A stretch of DNA of 32,000 bases from a cyanobacterium endosymbiont of Epithemia turgida isolate EtSB Lake Yunoko (GCF_000829235.1 NZ_AP012549.1:1140001-1172000), one strand, 5' to 3'. Positions 1 to 10,053 are shown, counted from the first letter of the stretch. Made by a program: numbers and translations. Notes: generated by a model from the letters alone, not told the origin.

Positions 1-262
1 AATGGTAGAGAATTACAGCAAATCTCCTGAATCTAAAACGGGTATTGTAGTTGCCCATGATGCTATTAATAAAGTAATTTTATGCTACTTGTTAGGGCTA
101 AAAACCAAAGATTTCTGGAACATTAAACAAGGAAATGGTGGCGTTAGTGTGATTGACTATCCTCAAGGAATCAAGGGATCTCCTGTTTTGCAAGCGATTA
201 ATTTAACCAGCCATTTAGTAGGATCTGGAATTTTAGATCAAACAGTAGCTGGGGCATTGTAA
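1..262 (+). CDS. histidine phosphatase / phosphoglycerate mutase family protein, C-terminal fragment (5' end outside the window)
   Basis: The ORF is open to the left edge. The tail VVAHDAINKVILCYLLGL..GNGGVSVIDY..LQAINLTSHL resembles the C-terminal half of cyanobacterial PGM-family phosphatases (recalled pattern). Confidence 0.65.
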   Translation, partial: MVENYSKSPESKTGIVVAHDAINKVILCYLLGLKTKDFWNIKQGNGGVSVIDYPQGIKGSPVLQAINLTSHLVGSGILDQTVAGAL

Positions 263-397
263 CTAACGATTTCTATTCACGGCCTCATTTGTTAAGGAGT
301 GGAGCTTTGACTGTTGGTCAGTCCAAGAGTGAGAGAGAAGCTCATGAAACTAGAAAACTGCCCATTCTTAGAAAGAAGTCTACGAGTACTAACAAAA

Positions 398-449
398 ATT
401 ACGATCATTATGAAAAAGTAATTCACCACTTTTTCATAATGATCGTAAT
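398..449. repeat. perfect inverted repeat: 22-bp stem, 8-nt loop
   Basis: ATTACGATCATTATGAAAAAGT (398-419), loop AATTCACC, then ACTTTTTCATAATGATCGTAAT (428-449). The arms are exact reverse complements, checked base by base. Confidence 0.95.
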
Positions 450-994
450 AACTATGATGTTAACTATAATTGTATTTGCTAAAAGCGACTAGTTTAATTG
501 ACTTTTTTAAAAAAATTTAGTTTAGACATTACAATGTAAGCCCAAAAATTATATTTTATAGATAAAAATACTACTCTCAGTATAGGATAAAACATTAAAA
601 TAATTTCAGCTAATATTTATTATTTATAATATCTATTAGATAGTTTTAATTGAAATTAAATATTTATCAATACTTGTATAATTTTCAGTATCTATGACAT
701 GTTGAATAATATTTTTTTAAAAAAAATACTTATTTATATTTTTTTATTTTTTAGAAAAAAATTAGACTCTGATAATCATGGTTATTTTGGACAGAAAATA
801 TTAAACACAAACTCTAACTTAGAATAAATAATTGGGAACATCTAAAAAATTTTGATATTTATTCTGGATAAGCTAAATCTAAGGAGGTTATAATTACAGT
901 GAAACAATTGCGAACTAAATACTAGTAGGGTATAAGTGAAACAATGGTGAGAAGAAAACAGACTTTGAATTAGTACTATAAAAGAGTCAATATA

Positions 995-1588
995 ATGAGT
1001 AAAGTACAAACTATTTCCGGATCAGGGATTCCTGTTGTGGGGGATGATATCGATACTGATCGCATTATTCCAGCACGGTTTTTGCGTTGTGTCACTTTCA
1101 AAGGTTTAGGGGAGCAAATTTTTGCCGATGATCGTGCTCAACTTAGAGGACAACACTTCTTTGATTTGCCCCAATATCAAGGCGCTAAAATTCTTGTTGT
1201 AAATGCTAACTTTGGCTGTGGCTCATCAAGAGAACATGCCCCGCAAGCAATCATTCGATGGGGAATTAAAGCCATTGTTGGAGAAAGTTTTGCTGAGATC
1301 TTTTATGGCAATTGTATCGCCAATGGAATTCCCTGTGTGACAGCTAAAGCAGAAGATATTAAGCAGTTACAAACCTTAATTCAAACCCATCCGCAACAAG
1401 AAATTACTCTTGATTTAACCGAAATGAAATTTAGAGCAGGAACGTGGATAACTCTGATCGAAATGGAAGAGGGTTCTCGGCAAATGCTTTTAGGAGGAAC
1501 TTGGGATAGTTGTGGACAACTTGTCCACAACATCGATAGCGTTCGTGAAATCGCTAGCCAATTACCTTATTTATCCTGGAATTCTTAA
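995..1588 (+). CDS. leuD: 3-isopropylmalate dehydratase small subunit
   Basis: 197-aa ORF with an ATG start. It carries LeuD hallmarks: GDDIDTDRIIPARFL and NFGCGSSREHAPQAI. Confidence 0.93.
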   Translation: MSKVQTISGSGIPVVGDDIDTDRIIPARFLRCVTFKGLGEQIFADDRAQLRGQHFFDLPQYQGAKILVVNANFGCGSSREHAPQAIIRWGIKAIVGESFAEIFYGNCIANGIPCVTAKAEDIKQLQTLIQTHPQQEITLDLTEMKFRAGTWITLIEMEEGSRQMLLGGTWDSCGQLVHNIDSVREIASQLPYLSWNS

Positions 1589-1751
1589 GTTATTTCTAGT
1601 GAATAAATATCAATAAATCCTCTAAATTTTTCCAGCTTACTTAATTTAATAAACACTCAGAAGTTAATCTGGTGATAATAATGGGACAGACTAAATTTTA
1701 ACCTCTAAAATATCCAACGAGCAGATGTTATTTACATTTCTCTCAATAGAA

Positions 1752-2205
1752 GTTAATTTAAACTCTACTGCCTTAGATTACTCTAAATCTTAGTGGAACA
1801 GGTTTAATCTATACATGGATGATCGGTACTCAATTGATAGCAATCAACTAAATTAAGATAAAATAAATCTCAACTATGCTGAATCTAAATTGTGTTAATT
1901 TCGAAAACAAAATCATTGTCAATGCAAGTTTAATACATACCAACTTCAAGTAAACTAATTTTAGGAATGATGATTGAAGAAGTGCTAAGTTTAGTTAGAC
2001 AGAGCTGAAAAAGGTATAATTCAGTCGTACCAATCTCCTAGAAGTAAAATTTAGCTGATGCTAACATAATTGATACTTCACTTCACTAGGAGAGAAAAGT
2101 TTGCACGGCACGAACCTTCGTGATTGCAATGTTAACGATATTAGTTTTTCCGAAGTAATCATGCTTAACGGAAGTTTTTGTCTAGAAAAAAAACAAAAAT
2201 TAGTC
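1752..2205 (+). pseudogene. pentapeptide-repeat protein pseudogene
   Basis: Translation gives pentapeptide periodicity (VNLNSTALDYSKS*, then LNLNCVNFENKIIVNASLIHTNFK*TNFRNDD*RSAKFS*TELKKV*FSRTNLLEVKFS*..LHGTNLRDCNVNDISFSEVIMLNGSF). There are at least 7 in-frame stops and one frameshift near 1875. Confidence 0.6.
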
Positions 2206-3141
2206 ATGAATATCGAAAAGTGGACTGAGACAATTAAACAAAAAATTCTAGATCTAGGTTTCCATAAAGTCGGAATTGTTAATGTTAATAGCCAGTTTAA
2301 TGATACTGCAACCACTCATCTGAAACGTTGGTTAGCATTAGGGTATCATGCTGATATGGCTTGGATGTCCAACCCGAAACGCCTCAACATTCGGGACTGT
2401 ATGCCTGAGGTAAAATCAGTTATCTGTGTTGCCCTTAATTATTACACTCCTCATCAACGTCCCGAAGGGAAAAAATACGGCAAAGTCTCCCGTTATGGGT
2501 GGGGACGAGATTATCATAATGTTATGCACAAAAAGCTAAAAGCCTTCAGTCAATACCTAAAAGAGCAAGAGGATTCAATTAAAACTCGCTATTATGCTGA
2601 CACAGGGGCAATACAAGATAAAGTTTGGGCGCAAAGGGCTGGAATTGGCTGGATTTCTAAAAATAGCAATCTTATCACCCGCGAATATGGAAGTTGGGTG
2701 TTTTTGGGTGAAGTGTTAACTAATTTAACCTTAATTCCTGATACCCCTCACACTCAACACTGTGGGACATGTACTCGCTGTCTGGAAGCATGTCCGACGG
2801 GGGCCATTGTTCAACCTTTTGTAGTAGATGCCAATCGTTGTATCGCCTATCATACCATTGAAAATAGGCAAGCAACCTTACCAAAAGCAATCACCTCTAA
2901 CCTGAAGGGATGGATCGCGGGATGTGATATCTGTCAAGATGTTTGTCCTTGGAATCAACGCTTTGGACAAGAAACGAATATCGTTGATTTTCAACCCTAT
3001 TCTCAAAATATTGCTCCAAAGTTGACAGAAATAGCGAACATTTCCCTCAAAGCTTGGGATAATCATTTTAGATCTTCGGCATTACGAAGGTTAAAATGGG
3101 AGAGATTGCGACGTAATGCTCGTGCCATTTTAGATACATGA
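2206..3141 (+). CDS. queG: tRNA epoxyqueuosine(34) reductase
   Basis: Two 4Fe-4S ferredoxin motifs (CGTCTRCLEACPTGAI and CDICQDVCPWN) plus the conserved QDKVWAQRAGIGWISKNSNLI block. I place the start at the ATG at 2206 (MNIEKWTETIKQKILDLGFHKVGI). The track start at 2101 (TTG) runs through the pentapeptide relic. Confidence 0.88.
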   Translation: MNIEKWTETIKQKILDLGFHKVGIVNVNSQFNDTATTHLKRWLALGYHADMAWMSNPKRLNIRDCMPEVKSVICVALNYYTPHQRPEGKKYGKVSRYGWGRDYHNVMHKKLKAFSQYLKEQEDSIKTRYYADTGAIQDKVWAQRAGIGWISKNSNLITREYGSWVFLGEVLTNLTLIPDTPHTQHCGTCTRCLEACPTGAIVQPFVVDANRCIAYHTIENRQATLPKAITSNLKGWIAGCDICQDVCPWNQRFGQETNIVDFQPYSQNIAPKLTEIANISLKAWDNHFRSSALRRLKWERLRRNARAILDT

Positions 3142-3152
3142 GGAATCAAATC

Positions 3153-4443
3153 ATGTTACTACTCCACGACCTACTATCCATTTGTTGAGATTGCCAATAG
3201 TTTATAAGAAGAATTTAGCTACAAATCAGTTAACCGTAAAAAACGAGAATAACTCACAAATTTAAGTGCTGAAGATTCTATTAAAAGGTCAGAGATTATT
3301 TTTTATAAAAAAATTTTTTAATATAAATTAAATAACACAATCAAACATTTAATACTAATTAGTGATACTCTGCATAGTTTAAGCCATCAAACAAAGGATA
3401 TTATCCAGAAATAATCACATTTAAAATCGTTATAATAAACTGCAAGTATCAGATATAACCTTGTATCAAGTCATTAAATTTTACCGAGAAAAAATCAATT
3501 AAAAACGTGAACTAACTCAGGGAAAACCTGAGGAATATTCTGTTAATATCTACCCTAGGTTTCCATGAGAAGTATAACTATGCTGAGTTAAAACGATTGA
3601 TGAAAGATTTAGAAATTTAAATTAATAAAGTAATTCCCGAAGATACATCAGTTCACGACCTAAAAAAACACCAAAAGCGTGGTTTGATTTAGCTTCTTAT
3701 CGAAAATTAGGACTGATAGTAGCTCAATATTTATAAGAAGAATTTGGAACTCCCTATGTATATATTACCCCAATGGGAGTACTAAAAACAGCACGGTGTA
3801 TCCAGAAAATTTAACAAGCAATTAATGAACAAGGTGCTAATGTTGATTATGAAAACAATATCAAAGAATAAACTCTTCATGTTTCCCAGGCTGATTGGTT
3901 TTCTCATTCTATTGATTTTCAGCATTTAACGGGGAAAAAGCAATAGTATTTGGGGACAATACTCATGCAGTAGCAATAACTAAAATCCTCACTCTGGAGA
4001 TGGAAATTCATGGAATTTTAGCAGCTACCTATTGTAGGTACGACAGAAAATAGTTCACAGAACAAGTCAGTGAATATTGCGATCAGATTTTAATTAGTGA
4101 TGATAATGCAGAAGTTAGTGATGCAATCGCTCGTCTGAAACCTTATGCCATTTTTGGAACCCAAATGGAACGTAATCTTGGGAAGCCCTTAGGTATTCCT
4201 TGTGAAGTAATTAATTGCTTAGCCTATTCATATTCTTTTACCTTGGGAATGGAAGCGAATCTCTTAGAGATTTTTTGGGTAAATGATACTAAAGAAGTTA
4301 TCACGAAAGGAATTTATACTAATTCTGATTTGAATTGGAATCAAGAAGCACAAGTAGAATTCAATAAAATCCCTAGTTTTGTAGGAGTTCATCAGTGTTA
4401 TAGCAAAACTGATTCTAATTTAATTCGCCAAGTTTTCATATAA
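3153..4443 (+). pseudogene. chlB: light-independent protochlorophyllide reductase subunit B pseudogene
   Basis: Colinear ChlB blocks are present: [109 protein letters not shown] and [25 protein letters not shown]. Between 3536 and 4443 there are at least 9 in-frame stops (3566, 3575, 3584, 3623, 3626, 3734, 3812, 3869, 4051), a frameshift near 3931 and internal deletions. The 5' third is heavily eroded. Confidence 0.85.
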
Positions 4444-4708
4444 AATAATTTAGTTTAAGATATAAATGGGTCTAACAATTCTTGATTCTAAATCTTGTTA
4501 CTACCTTCGTTTATTCAGGTACCCTGTTTTTACGATGTTAAGAGTTTAATGATGGCAAGAAAGCCTGCGCAGATGGGACAGTCTAAGGAGAAAATAAAAA
4601 TACTATATTTATCTCCCTGGTTTTAAGTAGCCAAGAGAATTAGTTCGTAGATTTTAAATAGATTCGATTTATTGCTGTCTATTGAATCAATATACTTTGA
4701 GGAAATGT

Positions 4709-5308
4709 TCATGGCTGAGTTGATGGATAAATGGGATATTTATGCAATATCTCCAGTCGGTTAAACGGCCAAAAACGCACAAAGGCTTTACCAATAATTT
4801 TCTCTTTCGGCACATGTCCCCAGTAATGGGAATCGTAACTATTATTACGATTATCTCCTAAAACTAGATATTGCCTTTTAGGAACTGTAACTGGACCGTA
4901 ATCATAGTTAGGATCTTCGGAAATATATTTTTCTTTGATAGCTTGACCATTAACATAGACCTTTCCTGTTTTCACCTCAATGGTTTCTCCAGGTAACCCG
5001 ATTACCCGTTTAATAAACGCATCGCGAAAATCTTTCTCCTGAAGAGCTTTTGTTGGGTTAAATACTACCACATCCCCCCGCTTGGGTTCTTGGAAATGAT
5101 AGCTAACTTTTTCGATGATAAGGCGATCATTGACTTGTAGAGTCGGTTCCATCGAAGATGAAGGAATATAACGAGCTTCTGCCACAAATGCGCGAATACC
5201 AAAAGCTAAAATAGCTGCTGTGGCTATAGTTTTAATCCCTTCAATCCAAGGGTTTTCTTGGGGAGACTGATTTGGATTCTTAGTCTCTTGTTTCAAGCTT
5301 CGAGCCAT
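4709..5308 (-). CDS. lepB: signal peptidase I
   Basis: 199 aa with an N-terminal TM segment, the SSSMEPTL catalytic Ser box, the KRVIGLPGE box and GDNRNNSYDSHYWG. Confidence 0.9.
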   Translation of the reverse strand: MARSLKQETKNPNQSPQENPWIEGIKTIATAAILAFGIRAFVAEARYIPSSSMEPTLQVNDRLIIEKVSYHFQEPKRGDVVVFNPTKALQEKDFRDAFIKRVIGLPGETIEVKTGKVYVNGQAIKEKYISEDPNYDYGPVTVPKRQYLVLGDNRNNSYDSHYWGHVPKEKIIGKAFVRFWPFNRLEILHKYPIYPSTQP

Positions 5309-5465
5309 AGGAGTTATTAATATAAAAACAAAGAATTACAAGACATAGGGATAGGAAACTTTCAAAGTAACGGTTATTTGCTTTTTAGTTTGTTGATATC
5401 CAAAACAGTGGCAAGATTGAATCAATTATTCTCAGAATTTATGTAGGTCTACCAATACTCATACT

Positions 5466-6776
5466 ATGATACAACTCCTCATTCGTCACGCTCGGATTCT
5501 CTTACCTGATGGCCAGTTTCTTTTCGGGGATGTTTTACTTCAAGACGGAAAGATTCTCGAAGTAGCTTCAGAAATTATTACACCGGACCCCAACATTCTC
5601 ATAGACGCAACGGGACTAACTTTGTTGCCTGGGGTGATTGATCCTCAAGTCCATTTCCGTGAACCTGGATTAGAACACAAAGAAGACCTTTTTACCGCTA
5701 CTTGTGCCTGTGCTAAGGGGGGAGTTACTTCTTTTTTGGAAATGCCTAATACTCATCCGTTAACCATTACTCAAAGAGCTTTAGATGATAAACTACACCT
5801 GGCTGCCCAGAAATGTCTGGTCAATTATGGGTTTTTTATCGGTGCTACCACCGACAATTTACCTGATTTATTAATAGCCAATCCTACCTGTGGCATTAAA
5901 ATATTTATGGGGTCAGCACATGGGACGTTATTAGTAAGTAGAGAAGCTGAATTGGAGCCAATTTTTGCCAAGGGAACTCGATTGATTGCAGTTCATGCTG
6001 AAGATCAAGCTAGAATTATTCAACGTCGTCAAGAATTTCATAATATTACTTATCCAGCTATCCACTCCCAAATCCAAGATGAAAAAACTGCCCTTAACGC
6101 GACAAAATTAGCCCTAAAATTGTCGAATAAGTATCAACGACGATTGCACATTCTCCATCTTTCTACAGGAATTGAAGCAGAATTCTTACGAAAGAATAAA
6201 CCTCATTGGGTAACAGCAGAAGTAACTCCCCAACATTTATTACTTAATACGGAAGCCTATGACAGAATAGGAACATTAGCTCAAATGAACCCCCCCTTGC
6301 GGTCACCTGAAAATAATACTATTCTTTGGCAGGCTTTGTTAGATGGGATAATTGATTTTATCGCTACCGATCATGCGCCTCATACTTTAGAGGAAAAAGC
6401 TAAAAGTTATCCCAATTCTCCTTCAGGTATGCCAGGGGTAGAAACGTCTTTACCCTTAATGTTAACTCAAACTAAATTAGGACACTGTAGTATTTCTCAA
6501 GTGGCTAATTGGATGTCTACTGCCGTGGCTAAGGCTTATAAAATTCCCAATAAAGGGTTAATTAAACCAGGGTATGATGCTGATTTAGTACTAGTTGACT
6601 TAGAAAATTATGCCCCTGTTCAACGAAAAAATTTACAAACTAAATGTGGTTGGAGTCCTTTTGAAGGATGGGAGTTGACCGGATGGCCAATAGTAACACT
6701 TGTTGGGGGACAAATAGTTTATGAAAGGGGAAAACTAAACACTGACGTTCGGGGAAATTCCTTAAAGTTTGAATAA
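5466..6776 (+). CDS. pyrC: dihydroorotase (long, allantoinase-like type)
   Basis: 436 aa with amidohydrolase metal-ligand motifs DPQVHFREPG and ATDHAPH, and overall dihydroorotase architecture. Confidence 0.88.
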   Translation: MIQLLIRHARILLPDGQFLFGDVLLQDGKILEVASEIITPDPNILIDATGLTLLPGVIDPQVHFREPGLEHKEDLFTATCACAKGGVTSFLEMPNTHPLTITQRALDDKLHLAAQKCLVNYGFFIGATTDNLPDLLIANPTCGIKIFMGSAHGTLLVSREAELEPIFAKGTRLIAVHAEDQARIIQRRQEFHNITYPAIHSQIQDEKTALNATKLALKLSNKYQRRLHILHLSTGIEAEFLRKNKPHWVTAEVTPQHLLLNTEAYDRIGTLAQMNPPLRSPENNTILWQALLDGIIDFIATDHAPHTLEEKAKSYPNSPSGMPGVETSLPLMLTQTKLGHCSISQVANWMSTAVAKAYKIPNKGLIKPGYDADLVLVDLENYAPVQRKNLQTKCGWSPFEGWELTGWPIVTLVGGQIVYERGKLNTDVRGNSLKFE

Positions 6777-6866
6777 TTAACAGTTAACTAACTTTTCTAT
6801 TCATACTAAGAGCAACAAAAAGTTATTAGCCTTTATTTTTTTTAGCTTAGTTATTTTTCCCACTAC

Positions 6867-8183
6867 TCAATTAGTATAATTTTTTTTATGCCTTGCTACA
6901 GCTGACTTTTTAAAAAATTCAATATACTGTTTATATCCCTCGGGAAATACAACATTTAAAGTCAGTGGATCATCTTTATCTCGGTAATCTCCCAAGCTTC
7001 TAATAACGAGTAATTCTTCTGGTGAATCTTTATTTTTAGGGTTGATAAACTTTTCTATTTTTAGAGGCTTACGATTTTTAACTTCCCCACTACTACTATC
7101 AATATAAACTGTAATATTTCCAGACTTAAATTCTTTGCCAATCTCTTGAATAAGCTGTAAAAACCCACGATCACTCCCCCCCCGTTGAAAGGTCAATTTA
7201 CCATTTATTTCTTTAGCTTTGCTAGTTACAGTATCCCCTACTCCTATGATAGTCGGCATTTGCATTGGATCAAAATTATCTTTAACTAATTTCAGTATTT
7301 TTTGATGATCTCTAGGAGATTGTCGAACGTTAAAATTTTTTCCTAGCGGGTACTTTCCAATTTTATTGAAAAAGTAATGATTGAGAATAACCAATACCCC
7401 AACTTCTTTAATTGCCCCCCGCAACATAAATTGAAAGTCTGTTGTTCCTGAGTCTTCCCCTTCAGCTATTTGCATGATTTCTCGTCCTTGAACATCTTTT
7501 CCTAAGTTGGGAGCATAATGAACAAAAAAGGAATTATCTAACCCTTGATGTTTAGCTTGTTCTTGCAAATCATCCATTAAAATTTTCATTGCCTGCTGTA
7601 ATTTACAATAGCTATCCTCTTGATGCTGTAAATATTCATGAAATATGTTTAAATTAACAGTCGGGGATACTTTATTGTCTAGGACAGTTAATTGAATTCC
7701 TTGTTGTATTTTACTTTCTTCCAACCCACAATTATTTTGCTTAAAAAATTCAATTAAAGCTTTTTCAATTTTCTGAGGAACTTGTTGTAAAAAGGTTAAT
7801 TCTTCTTCACTAACACCAAGATGAGAGATATTCCCATGACAATCTTGCCATTGAACTCCACCACCCGCTAAACCTGGTAGATAAAGACCTTTATTTTGGA
7901 CTAAATTGATATTATTGAAGGTACGTTCAATAATTGCATTCACCCCTCGTTTGCCAATATGTTCCCCATTGGTTAAGACAAAAAAATGTCCTGCAAATAA
8001 TTTAGTAGCTTCCAAATAATTTTTATCAATTATCCTTGTCAAAGGATCTTTGACTAACTTCATACAAACACCATCAAGATCTTGAATAATTAAAATATGT
8101 TGCTGATTAGAGATTAAATCGATAAGATCCTGATGATCAAGAGATAAAGAACGTTGATTTAAGGGAGTATGGGTAGCAGACAT
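6867..8183 (-). CDS. stpA: glucosylglycerol 3-phosphatase
   Basis: 438 aa with blocks I recall from Synechocystis StpA/GgpP: IIQDLDGVCM, FVLTNGEHIGKRGV, GLYLPGLAGGGVQWQD, FFVHYAPNLG, SGTTDFQFMLRG, IGVGDTVTS, RGGSDRGFLQLIQ and SSSGEVKNRKPL. Confidence 0.8.
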   Translation of the reverse strand: MSATHTPLNQRSLSLDHQDLIDLISNQQHILIIQDLDGVCMKLVKDPLTRIIDKNYLEATKLFAGHFFVLTNGEHIGKRGVNAIIERTFNNINLVQNKGLYLPGLAGGGVQWQDCHGNISHLGVSEEELTFLQQVPQKIEKALIEFFKQNNCGLEESKIQQGIQLTVLDNKVSPTVNLNIFHEYLQHQEDSYCKLQQAMKILMDDLQEQAKHQGLDNSFFVHYAPNLGKDVQGREIMQIAEGEDSGTTDFQFMLRGAIKEVGVLVILNHYFFNKIGKYPLGKNFNVRQSPRDHQKILKLVKDNFDPMQMPTIIGVGDTVTSKAKEINGKLTFQRGGSDRGFLQLIQEIGKEFKSGNITVYIDSSSGEVKNRKPLKIEKFINPKNKDSPEELLVIRSLGDYRDKDDPLTLNVVFPEGYKQYIEFFKKSAVARHKKNYTN

Positions 8184-10000
8184 TACAATTAATAATTAAA
8201 AATAATAAAATAACAAGTTGGGACAAAACTCTAATTTACAACTTAATAATACATAATTTAAATTTAACATAGTCATTCTGGCTATGCAATTGCTATCAAC
8301 TTCAACCACTTTAAGCAAACAACACTAACCTTTAACTTTAAACTTTATTAAAGATTAATTACCTTTATTTTTGAAATTTTTGTCATATGTCAAGGTAAAG
8401 ATATACCATATTTCTCATTACTTATAATAAAAGGCCATTTCTTTATCTTTTAAAAGAATAAATCCCTCATCAATGAATATTTAGTTTAATTTTTATTGGG
8501 AAATATATTGATCTTTAATATGAACGACATAAAAACACATAATATTTGTAACTCCACTACGTGATTTTGGGCTTCTAATGCAATTTCGTCTCAAAAAATG
8601 ATTTAATAGAGTGCTATCCACATCAATTCGTTGAGAGATACCTATATTAACTCCATCAGTTTCGGTATCAGAGATTAGTGAATTTATAATTAATTACGGT
8701 GTTTATTTCTCTTTAATCACTCTATTAGGATTTTGTTCTACTATTATTTTTATGATAGGTCTTCCATATTAGAAAAGACAATTAGATGAGTATCATAATC
8801 TGAAAATACCTGCTCTCAAAACTAAGTTGAGTATCGTCAGTTACAACAAATGCATCAAGGCAAATAATATTGGCTATCCTAGACGCACCTTAACAAAATT
8901 ACAATAAGTAAAAGTTAAAAGTATTGCTCTCATAAGGTTTCTACATTTGCCGAAAAATATTTTTTATAAAAATTAATTTTCTTATTATAGAAGATATATA
9001 TGTTATAAAATTTTTAATAAAATAAATAGATAGTTTCTGACAATTTCAAATCCAATAACTAAGGTAGTAAATTTATTTGTTCATCAAAAATAAGAGTGTT
9101 TTTTCTACTTTATTAAATTCTAAATAGTAGATCAAAATTACTATTGATTATATTTTTTAATGTTTCAAAATTAAAATATTACTAATACCAAGATAAATTA
9201 TATTATATATATACTTTTATATATTTTTGATAAAAAAATATTTAATACTGTATCTTATCTCAGCAAAATCATCAAGAACAACTAGCAAAAGTTTATTTCT
9301 GCAATTTAAAATAACTTATTCGGTTATTGAAGATCACTATCGCTTATTAAAGTAATTATGTAGAATAAGTTATTTATGCTCAGAAGAGTTAAGACAATTT
9401 AAATTCACTTGTTGAGTCCTTTAGGAGTTTTCGTAAAGTTAGAGTTTATAATAGTTAAATAGTTAATTCTAATTTGATATTAGAGCATTTAAATTAAAAT
9501 CAAGTACTCTTATTTGTTAAAATATTCAGTCATTATTAAACAAGTTTGAGTTAGTACAATATAAAATAACTATTTTAAATATTGTAGGTGCACAATATTT
9601 TATATAATTTGCAAATGCATAAGTTCTAACTTATATCATATCTCAGATAGAAAAATACCTGTATAAAAATTTATTTCTCTAGCTAAGCTAACTAATTCGA
9701 TCTTTTTTTAAGTTATTAAGCTTTTAAAATAGTATGTATTTTAAACAATTATTAATGTCATAAATTGACTGATACTCTTGGGAATAGTTAATTTATAACA
9801 TTAACAATTTAAAAATACTAGATTTAGTTCAAATGTTAACTATATTTTAGACAAAACTAAACTTAATTTACACTACTTAGGATTAGAAGTGAATGATAAA
9901 AAAAATTATATAATATAGATAAAAATCATCAAATATTAGATTAATTTAAACAACTTAAGCTTCATTTATTTCCGGATAATGTGACACATAATAATACTCA

Positions 10001-10053
10001 ATTACGAGAAAATACTTTAAATATTAAAAATATTTAAAGTATTTTCTCGTAAT
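10001..10053. repeat. perfect inverted repeat: 25-bp stem, 3-nt loop
   Basis: ATTACGAGAAAATACTTTAAATATT (10001-10025), loop AAA, then AATATTTAAAGTATTTTCTCGTAAT (10029-10053). The arms are exact reverse complements. It lies in gene-free AT-rich DNA. Confidence 0.95.

Noticed and set aside
289-492. 67-aa ORF downstream of the phosphatase-family gene.
   Set aside because: It has a non-ATG start, a low-complexity AT-driven sequence and no family resemblance. Its open frame is largely a by-product of the 22-bp perfect hairpin at 398-449, which it spans.
2101-2205. The TTG start at 2101 that would give QueG a 35-aa N-terminal extension.
   Set aside because: The extension reads as pentapeptide-repeat relic sequence continuous with the upstream pseudogene. 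The ATG at 2206 gives a typical QueG N-terminus.
2061-2315. Antisense and shadow ORFs at 2061-2315(-), 2878-3066(-), 10913-11095(+), 12811-13032(-) and 27284-27493(-).
   Set aside because: Each lies wholly or largely opposite or inside a strongly supported gene (queG, DUF445, ppc, prfB) and has no recognisable motifs. These are typical shadow ORFs.
8614-8622. DnaA-box-like nonamers: CTATCCACA at 8614-8622 and TTTTCCACA at 22495-22503.
   Set aside because: They are single, widely separated near-consensus boxes with no cluster, no adjacent AT-rich unwinding repeats and no dnaA/dnaN context. This is not enough for an origin call.
8560-8900. Assignment of the desert next to stpA as a ggpS pseudogene.
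   Set aside because: The only resemblance to GT20/GgpS motifs is a few residues in two short open stretches, which is not distinguishable from chance by eye. I keep it only as a hypothesis to test.
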